From: Carcharhinus amblyrhynchos
Taxonomy: Eukaryota
Assembly: GCA_965287045.1 (NCBI GenBank)
Contig: OZ336880.1
Span: 73,842,001-73,906,000 of the forward strand
Length of the DNA: 64,000 nt
Reading direction: 5' to 3'
Under the pieces are notes generated by a model. That model saw only the letters and a program-made list of their open reading frames with translations, searched no databases and was not told where the DNA came from. Each line of letters begins with the position of its first letter. Positions within the stretch are counted from its first letter, which is position 1. Position numbers and translations under genes: made by a program. Below, piece after piece: positions 39,440 to 52,195 of this stretch.

Positions 39440-40500
39440 AACCCCTCACAGGAAACCTACGCTCAAATGAAAGCTCGTGGGATCCAAAATTAAGTTGGAA
39501 ATTGGATTATCAATTGGTTAGATAATAGGGCAGCTGTGACCCATAACACCCCTGAGGGATTAGTCTAGAACATTTGTTAACAACCTCAAAGGTATTTATA
39601 ATGTCTAAGTTTGCATATGACACCTAGTTATGTAACAAAGCAGGAAGAGGAGGGATGCCAAGAGACCTAGAGAGATCTGGAAAGTGCTCATCAAGAGAAA
39701 TGCATATTAGACACAAAAATGAACAAGCAGCATTACATATAAAGAAAGACATTAACAAACAAGTTGTAGAAGAAAAGATTTGCATGTTAGGCATCCAATA
39801 GTTAAAGTAATATTACATTGTATAGCACCAAATGAAAAAGAAAACATATAAAATGTCTGAACAGTCTCCAGAAATATCATTAAAGGTTTGGAAAAAAGTT
39901 TAAGAAAACCCAAATGGACAAACAAATAAAATACTAGGGTATAAAAAGGGAAGGGCATCCTTAAATATTGTTTACTATTCAGGAAAAGTTATCAAAACCA
40001 TTGCTGAGGCTACATTTGGTAAATCTGCTTCTTGGCCTTTTGACTAAGATCAAGTGTAGTATCGACATGCTGCACTTGGTTGAAGTCATTAGGTTACATT
40101 TAGCTTCACTTGAAGCAATTTTTAAAAACGGCATCTCGGCCTTTTGGCTAAGATGCAAATGAGATCAAGCCTTGGAGGAGGTGCATTGCCTACTCCAATC
40201 AGCTTGGATCGGGAATGTCTCACTTGTTGAGACTCTGAATTGGACTTGATTTGATTGAATTGGATTAAAAAATACTTACTAAACATAACATTGGAAGGTG
40301 TCCAAAGGTGGAAATAATAGCATTAGACCTTTAACTGAACAACTTCAGAGAGATAAGCTTTATATATACTTTTTAAACTCAGGAAACAAATTAGTAGGAG
40401 AGGATTTTTTTTGTGCTAAGTGGTAGTTAACATTAGAAGTTAAAGAATATTTATGGAGTCAGTACTTCACATCAAGGGCTGTTAGCCTACAACTAACTTC
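39440..40500 (+). mobile_element. Very old CR1 ORF2 fragment hosting the U2-headed element
   Basis: gggatccaaaat...tggattatcaattggtta, aagtttgcatatgacacc (KFA.DT) and attggaaggtgtccaaagg (LEGVQR). Confidence 0.55.
40023..40272 (+). mobile_element. U2 snRNA-headed short element (SINEU-like or Keno/Utopia-related non-autonomous retroposon)
   Basis: 40023-40063 matches U2 nt 1-40 with two substitutions and one insertion. 40131-40154 matches U2 nt 4-27. Non-U2 hairpins follow, and it ends in A6. Confidence 0.7.
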
Positions 40501-41139
40501 TAACTATCAAATTAATTTGGATTCTTTTTAAGCATTCACTAAGGAAAAAACGCAAGTTCTTGATTCAGCAGCAACTGGTAAGCATAGGGCTGGAGCAAGA
40601 GATAGATGAAAATTCATTGTTTAGGTCTTTAACATTTCAACACGAGGAAGCAGAGGTGATTGCACAAATACACAATTATGCTTGCTTGTGCCATTCTTAG
40701 GGGAAGCGAACAGAATCGTGATAGAAGAAATAGATTTTAAGAAAGGTAATGAAATTGGAAAAATATGTTGAAAGATCAAAAGAAACTGGTTGAAAAAGGA
40801 AAGATTTTTCAGTTTGAGAGTCATCTCTGAATTTTGACAGCAAAGGAAGTGATCAGCAACAAAGGATTGTTGGAGAGAGACAGAAAAGAAAGCTTTGTTT
40901 GCTATAATGTATCTGGAGATTTTGTGCAGCAAAATGACTGTTTATTTTCACTTCTTTATCAGAATATTCAGAAGGGTAATTAATTGCCTTGTGGATATTC
41001 CCAAGAACAGTTATGATTGATTATTTTACTGTTATAGTATTACCTAATCCTATTTCTGATCCATCTATTCTGTAACCTGCAAATAAAATGTTCATTAATT
41101 AACTGTAATACAAGTCTACACAGAGTCCAATATGCAGAT

Positions 41140-42400
41140 TGCTGCTATTGGAGCGAGTGCTGTTGGTCCCAGATCATGTCACTGTCTCTAAGGATGGATT
41201 TGTAAAAGTACAGCTTCTGGATCAAGGACAATGGAGTCTGGTCATCGGAAAAGCTGTGAAAATTCCGAGAGAAGAGCACTTCAAAAAAGTTTAACAATAA
41301 TGCTCCATCTGGAGACAGCCATCATTAATGAAGAGAACAGGATAGTACATAAGCCTACAGAAGAATAAAGGGACATAAAGAACAACAGTTTGATTCTCTG
41401 TGTTAAGTACATAAATAATCTGGATGCAGGAATTGAGGGAACAATATTGAAATTTTGCTAATGGCACCAGATTTGGAGTATAACAAGCTGTGACAAAAAT
41501 TATTGTAGGCTCTAGAAGGAGATAGAAAGGTCACATTATGATGACCAATACAGTTTAATACAGAAAAATCTTAAGTATTACATGTTAGAAATAGAAAATT
41601 CATCTTAAAGAAAAAAAATGCATAATTACATACAGTCTTGCAAAACCTCAGGGCTTCCCAAAACCCCTTACATCCAGTGATGTACCTTGGAAGAGCAGAC
41701 TCTGTAGCGTAGGCAGAAATACAAAAGCTTAATTATACTCAGCAACGTTGCACAATGTCTCATCCTAATTGTAAGATTGGAAACGGAATAAAAGAGCGTA
41801 GGAATTTTGGTGTGCCGCTACACTGGTGAGGATTACAGGAGAATTAGATGAAGCAATCACAGAGGCTAACAGAAATCTTTGTTCTCTATCTGAAGGAGGT
41901 AATATTGAACTTATTCATGATTTTAGTTGTGCCAAAGTTCTTGTACTGTACGGTTTTGAAGGACCCCATTACAGGAAGGATGGGGGAAAAAAAAGTGTAA
42001 AAAGTTTTCAAGATAACCCAGGAATGACCAATTACTGTGAAGCAAAGCTTGAAAATTTAAGTTTTTTCTTACAATAGAGCTGAGAAGGTTAAGTACAATC
42101 TGTTGAATATCTTCAAAAGGGGCTATAAGTAATACAGGTAGTGATAGATTCTTTCCACCAGTTGCCAAGATAGCTTTGACACAAGGTACAAACTTAAGCT
42201 CATCAAGCATGAATTAAGAGGGAATGCAGATTTTTAAAAAAGATTCAAATATTTAGAATGTGTATTTCTCTATCATAATCGATGGTTGGAGTTTTTAAAG
42301 AGAAATATTAAAGAATATAGGGAACGTGTAGACGATTGGAACAGTATGAACTGGCTCACGTGAAGAAACTGTAACTTTTATCAAATGTCCTGTTTCTGTG
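41140..42400 (+). mobile_element. Old CR1 fragments with a small SINE piece at ~41620-41750
   Basis: tacataaataatctggatgcagga...aaattttgctaatggcacc (INDLD...KFADDT) and acacaaggtacaaacttaagctc. Confidence 0.5.
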
Positions 42401-44489
42401 CTTGACATTTTATTATCTAATTAGTTTCAATACTGATTTCTTAAGTTTTAAGGAGTGATTAAACTTACAGGAACTTTTGGAAAACATACAAAATAATCTT
42501 TAAGGAATATAACAATTTACAGCAAATAAGTATGATCATTATTGCATTTTATTTAGGTTATTAGTAAGCACCTTGGAAGAACACCAATTACACATCAAGA
42601 GATGTGCATCAAACACATCCGTAACTCAACTCCTTTGATTACATGCCGGAAATCCTGTCTTCCTGCTTTTCATTCTTCTGTACTTAATAAACCAGTGGAA
42701 ATCTCTATGTGGTAAAAACAGGATGCATTTAGCATATTTTTTACCAAACAAAGATTGGAAGAGTTATGTGCTGTTAGAATGATACTCTTCCAAATTATAA
42801 CAGTAAGCATCCAAATGGGTATCCTTCCAAAATACTGCAGCTTGACCATCTTGGAGCAGAGTGGAGTGAATTACACCCCTCGTTGACAGACTGTTGAGTT
42901 AAAACCACATGTTCAATTATCAACATGAAGTTACTAAGTCTACATATTCACCTGAGCAAGTAGACTTTTTTTATTTTCAAATTAAGGTGCAGAATTAATC
43001 TCCTCAAACATTTATAGTAAATATCCATGAAGCGGAAAATAAAATCCTTTGAAGTTCTGAATTGTAGCTGACCTTCAAAGTGTACTAAACATTACTTGAC
43101 ATGGTTGCACAAAGTTAATTCTAGCATGAGCCTTCAGAACTTGAAATTTCCTTTCTTTTGCTTAAGCTAGGTACCATGTTAGGTATCATCCCCCAGATAA
43201 GGGAGAATACAATCCACTCCCCAGCATTTACTAATGCTGAATATCAGGAAATATATAAGGATACCACAGTGGCTTGTTTTCCAATCTTCATCACTATCAT
43301 TTGTTTTTTCATATGGTATCTAATTTTCTTGATCAATCCATACATGGTTTCAGATATAGTTTTGCTGACTTCCAATAATTGAGAAAAAAATGCAATACAG
43401 ATGTTCAACTAATTTGAACAAAGCTAATTTGAATTTTGAGGCTCGTTTGCTTGTTTAAAGACCACTGGGCCAATTCTCAGGCTGTCTATTCCCTGGACGG
43501 TGGATGGAGGTCAGATAGTTCAGCATATCAAGATTTGTGTGATAGCCACAACTGATTGAATGAATTAACTATCAGGTAAATTTGCAGGTGATACTATATA
43601 GGGACCTTCAGAGACCTTCAAAAGGAGCTGGACAACATTTGTATGTAAGCAGAACAATCAGATGTAATTCAATACAGATATATGCAATGTTGTGCACTTT
43701 GGAAAGAAAACGTAACAATGGATTATGTAGAACTAGTGGAAGAAGACTGGGGAAAATGGTAACCTCAGCATATAATAGTTAAAATCACTATGAAGCAGCA
43801 ACAGACACAGCAAACTGAATGTTCAATTATCTTGTTATATCAGAACAGTGAAACACAGAGAAAGTAATAAAACTGTATAATGTGTTCTGATCAGATTGCA
43901 CCTGGGGTTCTATGTCCAATTTGATCACAAGAGAAATATTCTAGCGATTAAGGACTTTGGGGGTGGGGGGAAGCCACAAGGCAAAATCTTAACATCTGAG
44001 AATTGGATTGTGGAGAAAGACTGGAACAACATTGACACATTTGCTTCGAAAGGAGGCAACTAGAGTGGCACTTCTTGAGATAAATAAGCAAAAGGTAAGT
44101 CTGTCACATCACTTAAAGGTAAGCCATTACAGTTAGACAAAACCTGTAAGCTGAAGCTTGTGAAAAGTCAATTTAGGACTGACGTTTCATGCAATGAATA
44201 ATCAATATTTGAAATGGCTATCAGGATTCAATTCATTCAAGCTCTAGTTGAATGGCATGATGGGGAGACCTTCTCTCATGGATATGCCAAATAGCCTTCC
44301 ACACGCTATTTATCTTGTAAGCTTGTGATGAGTAGCCTTCACAGTAAACTGTGTAAATAATGCATTCAATTACAGATCTTTAATTAAAAAACCTCATTAA
44401 ATTTTAACCTCCTGTGTGGAAGATTATTATCTTTGTTGGAGTCCATCCTCTCATTAACTCCACAAAGACATTTTTGTGGAAAATATTTT

Positions 44490-44820
44490 ACCCCTCCCCT
44501 CCTGAAGGCATCACATCTTCCTGGGATAGGCATCAGCAGCTCTCCAGTAATTTCATCCATATAGTTATTCTGCATGCTATGAGCTGAGATGGTGATGTCA
44601 GCAAACAGTGTGATAATGGAGGGCATCACAGTTGAGTTTAATTCTGTTCTCACCCAACGTTTCCACTCATGAACTTTCTAGCAGTTGCGACTCAACAATG
44701 ATTTCTCCTACTCCTCTTAAGTCTGGGTTACTGATGCCAACTATTGCACTCCAATTGCCTACCTGAGATCAGCAATTTAACACAAACTAGTCGCAACACG
44801 GAATTTTCTGGGCCCAGGAA
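44490..44820 (-). mobile_element. Deu-domain SINE (AmnSINE1/SacSINE1-like)
   Basis: gagggcatcacagttgagtttaattctgttctcacccaacg...tttctagcag matches the reverse complement of the recalled Deu domain (ctgctggaaa...gggtgaggacagga...gctgtgatgccc). Confidence 0.55.
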
Positions 44821-44959
44821 AGAAATTAATTGCGTCATATTGTACTGGCTACTGCTGGCAGCTATTAGGTCATTGAGGGAAAGGCCTTTTTAAGATTTAT
44901 GTCAAAAAAGAGACCTGGCGGGGGTGGGGGGGGTGGCCAGGTGGTATGACACAAATTAT

Positions 44960-45300
44960 GACTTCAAGGCATCTAAAACACTTCACACCAATCAAATGTT
45001 TTTGAAATATTATCACTATTATAATGCAGGGAAACATGACAGTAAACTTGTGCACCAACAGAAATAATTAGTTGTTTTTGGTATTGGTTGAAGATTAATG
45101 CACCCAGGAGGATTAGGTGAACTACTCTGTTGCCTTTTGAGAGAGCAGCTAGGGTCTCAGTTTAAGATATTACCTGAAGGGTGGTATTTTGGACAGTGCA
45201 GCACTCCCTCAGGTACTGCAGTGAAATGGAGGCCTGCACTGCGCTCACATTCTGGAAATGCAGAGGAACCTGGACCTTCTGACCCAGAGGTTTTAAACAT
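44960..45300 (-). mobile_element. Old tRNA-type SINE with L2-like tail
   Basis: ggacagtgcagcactccctcaggtactgca...gaacctggaccttctgacccagagg. Confidence 0.6.
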
Positions 45301-45675
45301 TTAACACCTCTTAATCTTGTCCAAATAAACACTGGAATGATAAATGTCCTCATTATACAGCCTAACTATAAAAGCATCATCTCAGCATTCGTTCTGTTTT
45401 GACAGGTGTGTTGAGTCAACAGATTTTGCTTGATGCATATTTTTAAGTGGTAATAGCAAGCTGGGAAATGTTTGATGCCACTATTACGGATACATTAGTA
45501 GTCTGTCTGGTTGACATTTCTGTAGGGTTGCAGAAACATACGTTTTATTTCCCCAAATAACATTCTGTTTGGGTGCTTTTTTTCTCAGCAGTTCCACTTT
45601 ATCCATTGTTATTACATGGCTCACTGGGTATGTACACAATGCACACTGGGTGAATATGAGGTGGCAATGTTGGCA

Positions 45676-45768
45676 TCACTCACCTGGTGAAGGAGCAGTG
45701 CTCTGAAAGCTCGTGATTTCAAATAAACCTGCTAGATTTTAACCTGGTGTTGTGAGACTTCTTACTGG
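45676..45768 (+). mobile_element. Penelope-like pseudo-LTR fragment
   Basis: cacctggtgaaggagcagtgctctgaaagctcgtgatttcaaataaacctg...ggtgttgtgagacttcttactg; the last part is identical to the 63193-63214 arm. Confidence 0.7.
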
Positions 45769-47317
45769 GTGAATGGGCATGGAAGAGAAATGAGTTGGCA
45801 GAGAAAGTATGAGAGACATGAAGAATTGCTGAGGGCAGGAGTTGGCCAAGAGAGTATGAGAAGACGTGGGGAGTGGCCTGACAGTATGAGTAAGACTTTT
45901 TGAACTTAATCTATTCATGAGTCTTTTGAAAGTTATGTTCATAACACCTCTGAGGGGCCATGAACCGTGAGACATGGCAAGGCTAGCCCAACTTCACAAA
46001 ATTGCAGGGGGCTAAGTGATGCCTACTCCCTTAACTGAATTGGCCAGATTGGGAGTACAAGACGCACGCTCCCACACCCTTATCCCACGTCAGTAAAAAC
46101 TGATGGTGCCAGAAAGGTGGAGGGGAATAGAAGTCCCAAAACCAGATCCTGCTTGCCATTTTACAATGGCTATGGACTCATCCCTACTACATGAAAATCT
46201 GACCTAGAGTGCTACCACTAGTCCAGATGATGAAGTATGTGAGATTTTACACAGTGAAATATCCACAAATGTGCAAACATATATGCATTTGAGTGTATTA
46301 TTGTCTGCAAAATCAGTAGCTCCTCTGCCGACTAAGCAGGATTTAGGTCAGTTAAGCCCAGTGATTCATGAAACAAAGGGAACCCAGGGTCTTTAATGGG
46401 GAAGAAAACTAACCGAGAAGGCAGCGATATGCTTTGTAGTCCACTTCGAGATGCATTCAGCTGGATTCTATGGGGGCATGGATTACCCACTCCCCACAGA
46501 ATAAAAGTCCGACGGTACAGCCCCCATCCAAAACCACATTACCCCACAGTAACGATATGCTGTGGGCAGCCTGAAATGGGTCAGAGTGGAATACATATCC
46601 CACTTTGAGAGGAAGTCCTGCCCGAGGGATTGCTAGTCAATCTGACTATAGCTGCTCTGTAGTCCCAGCAGCACCAGGATCAAGTAATGGGCACTGCTAG
46701 GACTACAAATAGTCTCCAGAGAATGTATCATGGATGCTGGCTAAGATAAGCACGGGGACTTTGGATGGACCTACCTACCAGATTCCAATGAGTTGGAGGA
46801 GGAGGTTGGGGGAATGATGTTTTAGAGGCTGTGGGTGGGGGATGGTTAAATGGGTTTAGGATCTTGAGGTGGGGTGGGGAGTACCTTCAATGGACACAGG
46901 GATCCCCCAAATGAGATATGCCACCCCCCCGTCCCCCATCCCCCCACCACCTTTTCTGTTTGATAGCAGCCTATGTAGTGAAATTTGCTGGACAACTCAC
47001 TTTGCTTCAATGCTCTCCTGATGTATTATCACAGTGGAGATAGAGTTAGACTCTTGCGTCCACTAATTGGCTACTTAAAGGCTTCAATAGCCCTCAGGCC
47101 TGGCACTTTACCCATCCACATAATATGGGACACAGGTCAGGGGTGGGTGGAAAAGGTGGCAGACAGGCCATGTGCTTTATTTAACTAGACCCCCTGCCTT
47201 CAAATATGCTGGCAGGGTACCATAAAATTCACCCCTTTATTTTTGTTACATTAAATACTATGCACTGAGCATTGTATTTTCTGGCAAACTGCTCTTTTGC
47301 TAACATTATAATTTCAT

Positions 47318-47610
47318 TATTGCTGAAAGAAGCTACACTGTTGAAGATTTTCAATTTGCATTCATCAGAACAATCTCAAGAACACCAACGTCATGAGAAA
47401 CAACAACTTTATGTTGTATGAGAAGAAAGTGCTGATTGGTTGCCATGGAGGATGCATCAGTTAATGGTGACCAATAGTTAATTGTCAAGCATTGTTTGAA
47501 ATATAAGCCAGGCAGTTTGACTCCGAGTGGTCAAGACATTTTGCCGAGGAATGAAACAGCAAATGGCTATTACTTGTTCTGTTTAGCTGAAATAGGCACA
47601 ATGTGTTTAA
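47318..47610 (-). mobile_element. Penelope-like pseudo-LTR, inverted partner of 49415-49720
   Basis: The reverse complement aligns to 49415-49720 (cacattgt.cct.ttt..gctaaaca, gagtcaa..tgcctgg, caaccaatcagcact.tcttctc, tttcagcaata). Confidence 0.65.
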
Positions 47611-47622
47611 AAGAGCTTAAAA

Positions 47623-49186
47623 GAGGATGTGTTAGAACTTTTAAACTCTATCAAGATAGACAAGTCGCCGGGACTGGATGGGATGTACCCCAGGTTACTG
47701 TGGGATGTGAAGGAAGTGATTGCAGAGCCCCTGGCGATGATCTTTGCGTCGTCGATGGAGACGGGAGAGGTACCAGAGGGTTGTGGATGTGGTTCCTATT
47801 TTCAAGAAAGGGAACAGGGATAGCCCGGGAAATTACCGACCGGTGAGTCTGACCTCAGTGGTTGATGGAGAGGCTTCTGAGGGACAAGATTTATGAGCAT
47901 TTGGAGAAGTTTAGAATGATCAGAAATAGTCAACATGGTTTTGTCAAGGGCAGATTGTGCCTTACGAGCCTAGTTGAGTTCTTTGAGAATATGACTGAGC
48001 ACATTGGCGAAGGAAGAGCGGTAGACGTGGTTTACATGGACTTCAGCAAGGCGTTTGATAAGGTCCCCCATGCAAGACTTCTTGAGAAGGTGAGAGGGCA
48101 TGGGATCCAGTGGGCTTTGGCCTTGTGGATCCAGAACTGGCTTGCCTGCAGAAGGCAGAGAGTGGTTGTGGATGGGTCTTTTTCTGCATGGAGGTCGGTC
48201 ACCAGTGGAGTGCCCTAGGGATCTGTTCTAGGACCCTTGCTGTTTGTCATTTTCATAAGTGACCTGGACGAGGAAGTGGAGGGATGGGTCAGTAAGTTCG
48301 CAGACGATACGAAGGTTGGTGGTGTTGTGGATGGTCTGGAGGGATGTCAGAAGTTGCAGCGGGACATAGATAGGATGCAAGACTGGGCGGAGAAGTGGCA
48401 GATGGACTTCAACGCAGATAAACGTGTAGTGGTCCATTTTGGCAGGACCAATGGGATGAAGGAATACAATATCAAGGGTAGGAGTCTTAGCTGTGTTGAA
48501 GAGCAGACGGAACTTGGGGTCCGGGTCCATAGGACTCCTAAATCGGCCTCGCAGGTGGAGGATGCGGTCAAGAAGGCGTATGGTGTACTGGCCTTCATTA
48601 ATTGAGGGATTGAGTTTAGGAGTCAGGAGGTAATGCTGCAACTTTATAAGACCCTTGTCAGACCCCACTTGGAGTACTGTGCGCAGTTCTGGTCGCCTCA
48701 CTATAGGAAGGACGTGGAAGCTATTGAAAGGGTGCAGAGGAGATTTACAAGGATGTTGCCTGGATTGGGAGGCATGCCTTATGAAGATAGGTTGAGGGAG
48801 CTGGGACTCTTCTCCCTGGAGAGACGAAGGTTGTTGCCTGGTAGAGGTTTATAAGATGTTGAGAAGAATAGATAGGGTGGATTCTGAGGCTATTTTCCAG
48901 GGCTGAAATGGTCGCTATGAGAGGACACAGATTTAAAGTGCAGGGAAGAAAGTACAGAGGAGATGTTAGGGGTAAGTTTTTCACTCAGAGGGTGGTGAGT
49001 GAATGGAATCGGCTGCCGTCGATGGTGGTGGAGGCGACTCGCTGGGGTCTTTTAAAAGACTTCTGGATGAGTATATGGGATCTAATGGGATTGGGGGTTA
49101 TAGATAGGTCTATGGCTTAGTAGGTATAGAAGTGATCGGCGCAACTAGTGGGCCAAAGGGCCTGTTTGTGCTGTAGTGTTTTATGT
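47623..49186 (+). mobile_element. 5'-truncated CR1 LINE, subfamily 2 (RT domain and 3' UTR, several stops and frameshifts)
   Basis: KSPGLDGMYPRLL, QHGFVKGR, DVVYMDFSKAFDKVPH, SKFADDTKVGG and LYKTLVRPHLEYCAQFWSP. Confidence 0.95.
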
Positions 49187-49414
49187 GTGTACACTTGCCC
49201 TGAAATTCATATGCCTCATTATTCATTTGTGGGATAGGTAAATATCTGTTTGCCTTGATAGCAGTGTTTTGTTAGTGGCGAATATTACTTGTGTTGCTCC
49301 TGCACTGTACCAGCATGAAACATCTGGCTTTAACTGTTGCTCAACTGTTGCTTGTACTGGAAGTCACATATATTAATGCACAGGGCCCTGTTCTTTGCAG
49401 ACAGAAAAAAACAC

Positions 49415-49720
49415 ACTCACACATTGTACCTGTTTTGGCTAAACAAAATAAATGATAGCCACTCACTGGCTTATCCCACAGGGCAACTGACCAGAGTCAA
49501 GTTGCCTGGTTTACGCTTGGCAGTAAACCGCCACACACTACTAACTGGTGCATTGTCCACGGCAAAACCATGGACCAGAGTCCACTTACCAACCAATCAG
49601 CACTCTCTTCTCCTACAGTATAAGATTGTTGTTTCCCCTCACATTGGTATTCCTGCAATTGTCGTAATGAGTGCAAGATGAACAGCTTCAACTAAATGTC
49701 TTATTTCAGCAATACTCAAC
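49415..49720 (+). mobile_element. Penelope-like pseudo-LTR
   Basis: Inverted homolog of 47318-47610, with ccaatcag and tataag motifs. Confidence 0.65.
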
Positions 49721-52195
49721 TTCTGCACTAACAGCTACTATAGTTTTAGTTGTGGTACAGCTTCAAGTCCTATTCTACCGTTGGTTTTATTATCCTTTCA
49801 GCAACTTGACGTGTCTCTGAAGTACTCCTGATTCACGTCAACACGAGACTAAAGAACAATATTGTTGAAATGTTTAATATTTGTTTAAAAAATAAAATGG
49901 TTGATAGAAATCAGTTTTTAAAAATTCTGGTTTTATAAACCACTTGAGCATCATTGAGTACATGGAACTACTGGACTGAATTACCGTGTTGTAACAAACA
50001 TCCATCTATCATCTTTCTTTTAATACACCCCAAGCCAGCTGGAAGTATTTGATGCAGTATCAGAGCATTATTTTGCTCTTTATTGATTAGTAATCCTGTT
50101 TTAATATTTTTACAGTACAATTGTAAACAAAAGTAGTTCTCCATTTGTTGAAATGCTATATTTTTGCCTATTTATCAACACAACTTTGAATAGGTTCTTG
50201 ATAGCACAGACCTAAGTACTGGCTCCTGCCGCTACCTTTTCCCATCAGTTGCCATTTGCATCCCATTTGATCAATGCCAGAGAGATGAACAAACAGAAAA
50301 ACATTTTTAAAAATGTGAAGAAGATTTTTTTCTTTCTAATCACCAAATGACAAACCAAGTTGAGAACATCTTAATATACATGCGCAACAAAAGACCTGAT
50401 GATGTGCTTGACAAGGGGTTAAATTAATTATCTTATGGAGAACCCTGAAAGGACAAATAAAGCAGCAGCTTTTGCACTACATTAACTCAAAATCTCCAGA
50501 TACAAATGAACACAGTCAATTCAGCGACATTACCCTCCATAATGGATAATTATCACTCTCAGTGTGGGATTTCATAAATGACTAGGTGACAAGCACAAAC
50601 TTTCAGCAGTGATATTGCATCTCATACACAGAAGCTCCTTCTCCTTTCCTGCCAGCAACTTTGTGAAAAGTGGCTTGTCTTTGGCTTGGTTTTAAAATGG
50701 CAAAAAGATATGTGCTCTAAAATACAGAATCTTGAAACATAGAATGTGCAGTAAAGTGCAATGAATCTGCAGTCTTCTAAAGTATCTTCTGAAATAGGCT
50801 GGTCTCAATCCTGTATGATAAGATTATCTGCAATATAATGAGTGCAAATTTTTAAAAGTAGGATTTTTAAACTGTCTTTGCCATTGATATCCAAGTAGAC
50901 CAAAAGGCGCTGGACGTTTTTGCCAAACCATCTTGCATATTTTTGCTCACATCTGCCACAAGTCCAAATGTGAGCTTGTGCAGCTGTTCTCAGCTCCATG
51001 TATTTCCATTTGCTTGTGAGCACCTTTTCCTCTTCCTGAATAAACTTTCTCTTGCATGATCTACAGTTCGCATATAATAAGACTGACTTTTTTTTCATTT
51101 ATCTGTCAATTTTGTAAAGAATTCATGTGCATGTGTCTAACATGTCAAATGTGCACATGCAATATTAGAACAGAAACCTAAAGCGTGCAAATCTGAGACG
51201 TACCCAGTGGACTCAGCTTGGTATTCATCTGTACCTGTAGGTGGCTCTGACCGTTTCCAAACAATTACCTTGAAAAATTACTCCCTTCAGCATCTTAACT
51301 GTTTTGCCCATGTCTTGTTGTATTATTTTTGTTGATCATAAAAAATACTCTCTTTGGCTCTGTGACAGATTACTTTGGGGGCCTGAGATGTTTTTCTGGC
51401 ACCAAAAGGCTATATGTGCAATTTCTTTTAATAAAGAAAAGCGGAAAGATACTGATGTCATTGTAGGATGAATGAAAACCACATTAGAACTGCTAGCTCT
51501 GCCAACAATATTTTAAAAGTGAATCGATTTATGATTGAAAGAGTTTTGGATTGCATGTAACAGAGTGTCATGAACAGTTTCCCCACAAACTAAAAACTAG
51601 CTAAAAATATGCACTCAACCAAAAGAGAAGCTGCATTGTGGAGCCAACACAGGTTGTACCTATTAGGTAGACGAAGCAATAAAAGTAAAATGCATTTTTG
51701 TGCAAGTTCTTTTTCATTCTTCCAATGACAGGCATTTAAAGTTTATGTTAGCCATATCAAGTATTGTTTTCAAAGTACTTTCACAAAACTCTCCACTTTT
51801 TTTTTGTAACGTTGACAAAAGCTTGATGCCTGCTTGTTGCAACAGCAAAATAAAGTGCAATAGTTTGCCTTAAAGGCCAACAGGAAATTGATAATAAAAA
51901 TACTTCCAAATGTTATGCAAGAACTTCCAAAGCACCACAGAAAGTAATTACTGTTATATTTCATCCCACCTCCCTGTTTTCATAAATTACGTGGGCTCAT
52001 TATAGTGAGGGATTGTGTCAAACTTTCACTCATCCTGCTAGAATATATATGCAATGTTGAGAAATATATATACCGAACGCAACTAGTTATGTGCTCATAT
52101 TTGCAGAAAAAAAACAAAAGGCAGGAAGTCCTATTATGTAATGAACTTTGAGTTGTATTGTTGCTGAATGTGTCCAGCTTCCCAACAGTTGTCAC

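Noticed and set aside
40023-40063. Functional U2 snRNA gene
   Set aside because: Only nt 1-40 match. Stems IIa/IIb, III and IV and a canonical Sm site are absent, and it sits inside a CR1 relic with no evident snRNA promoter.
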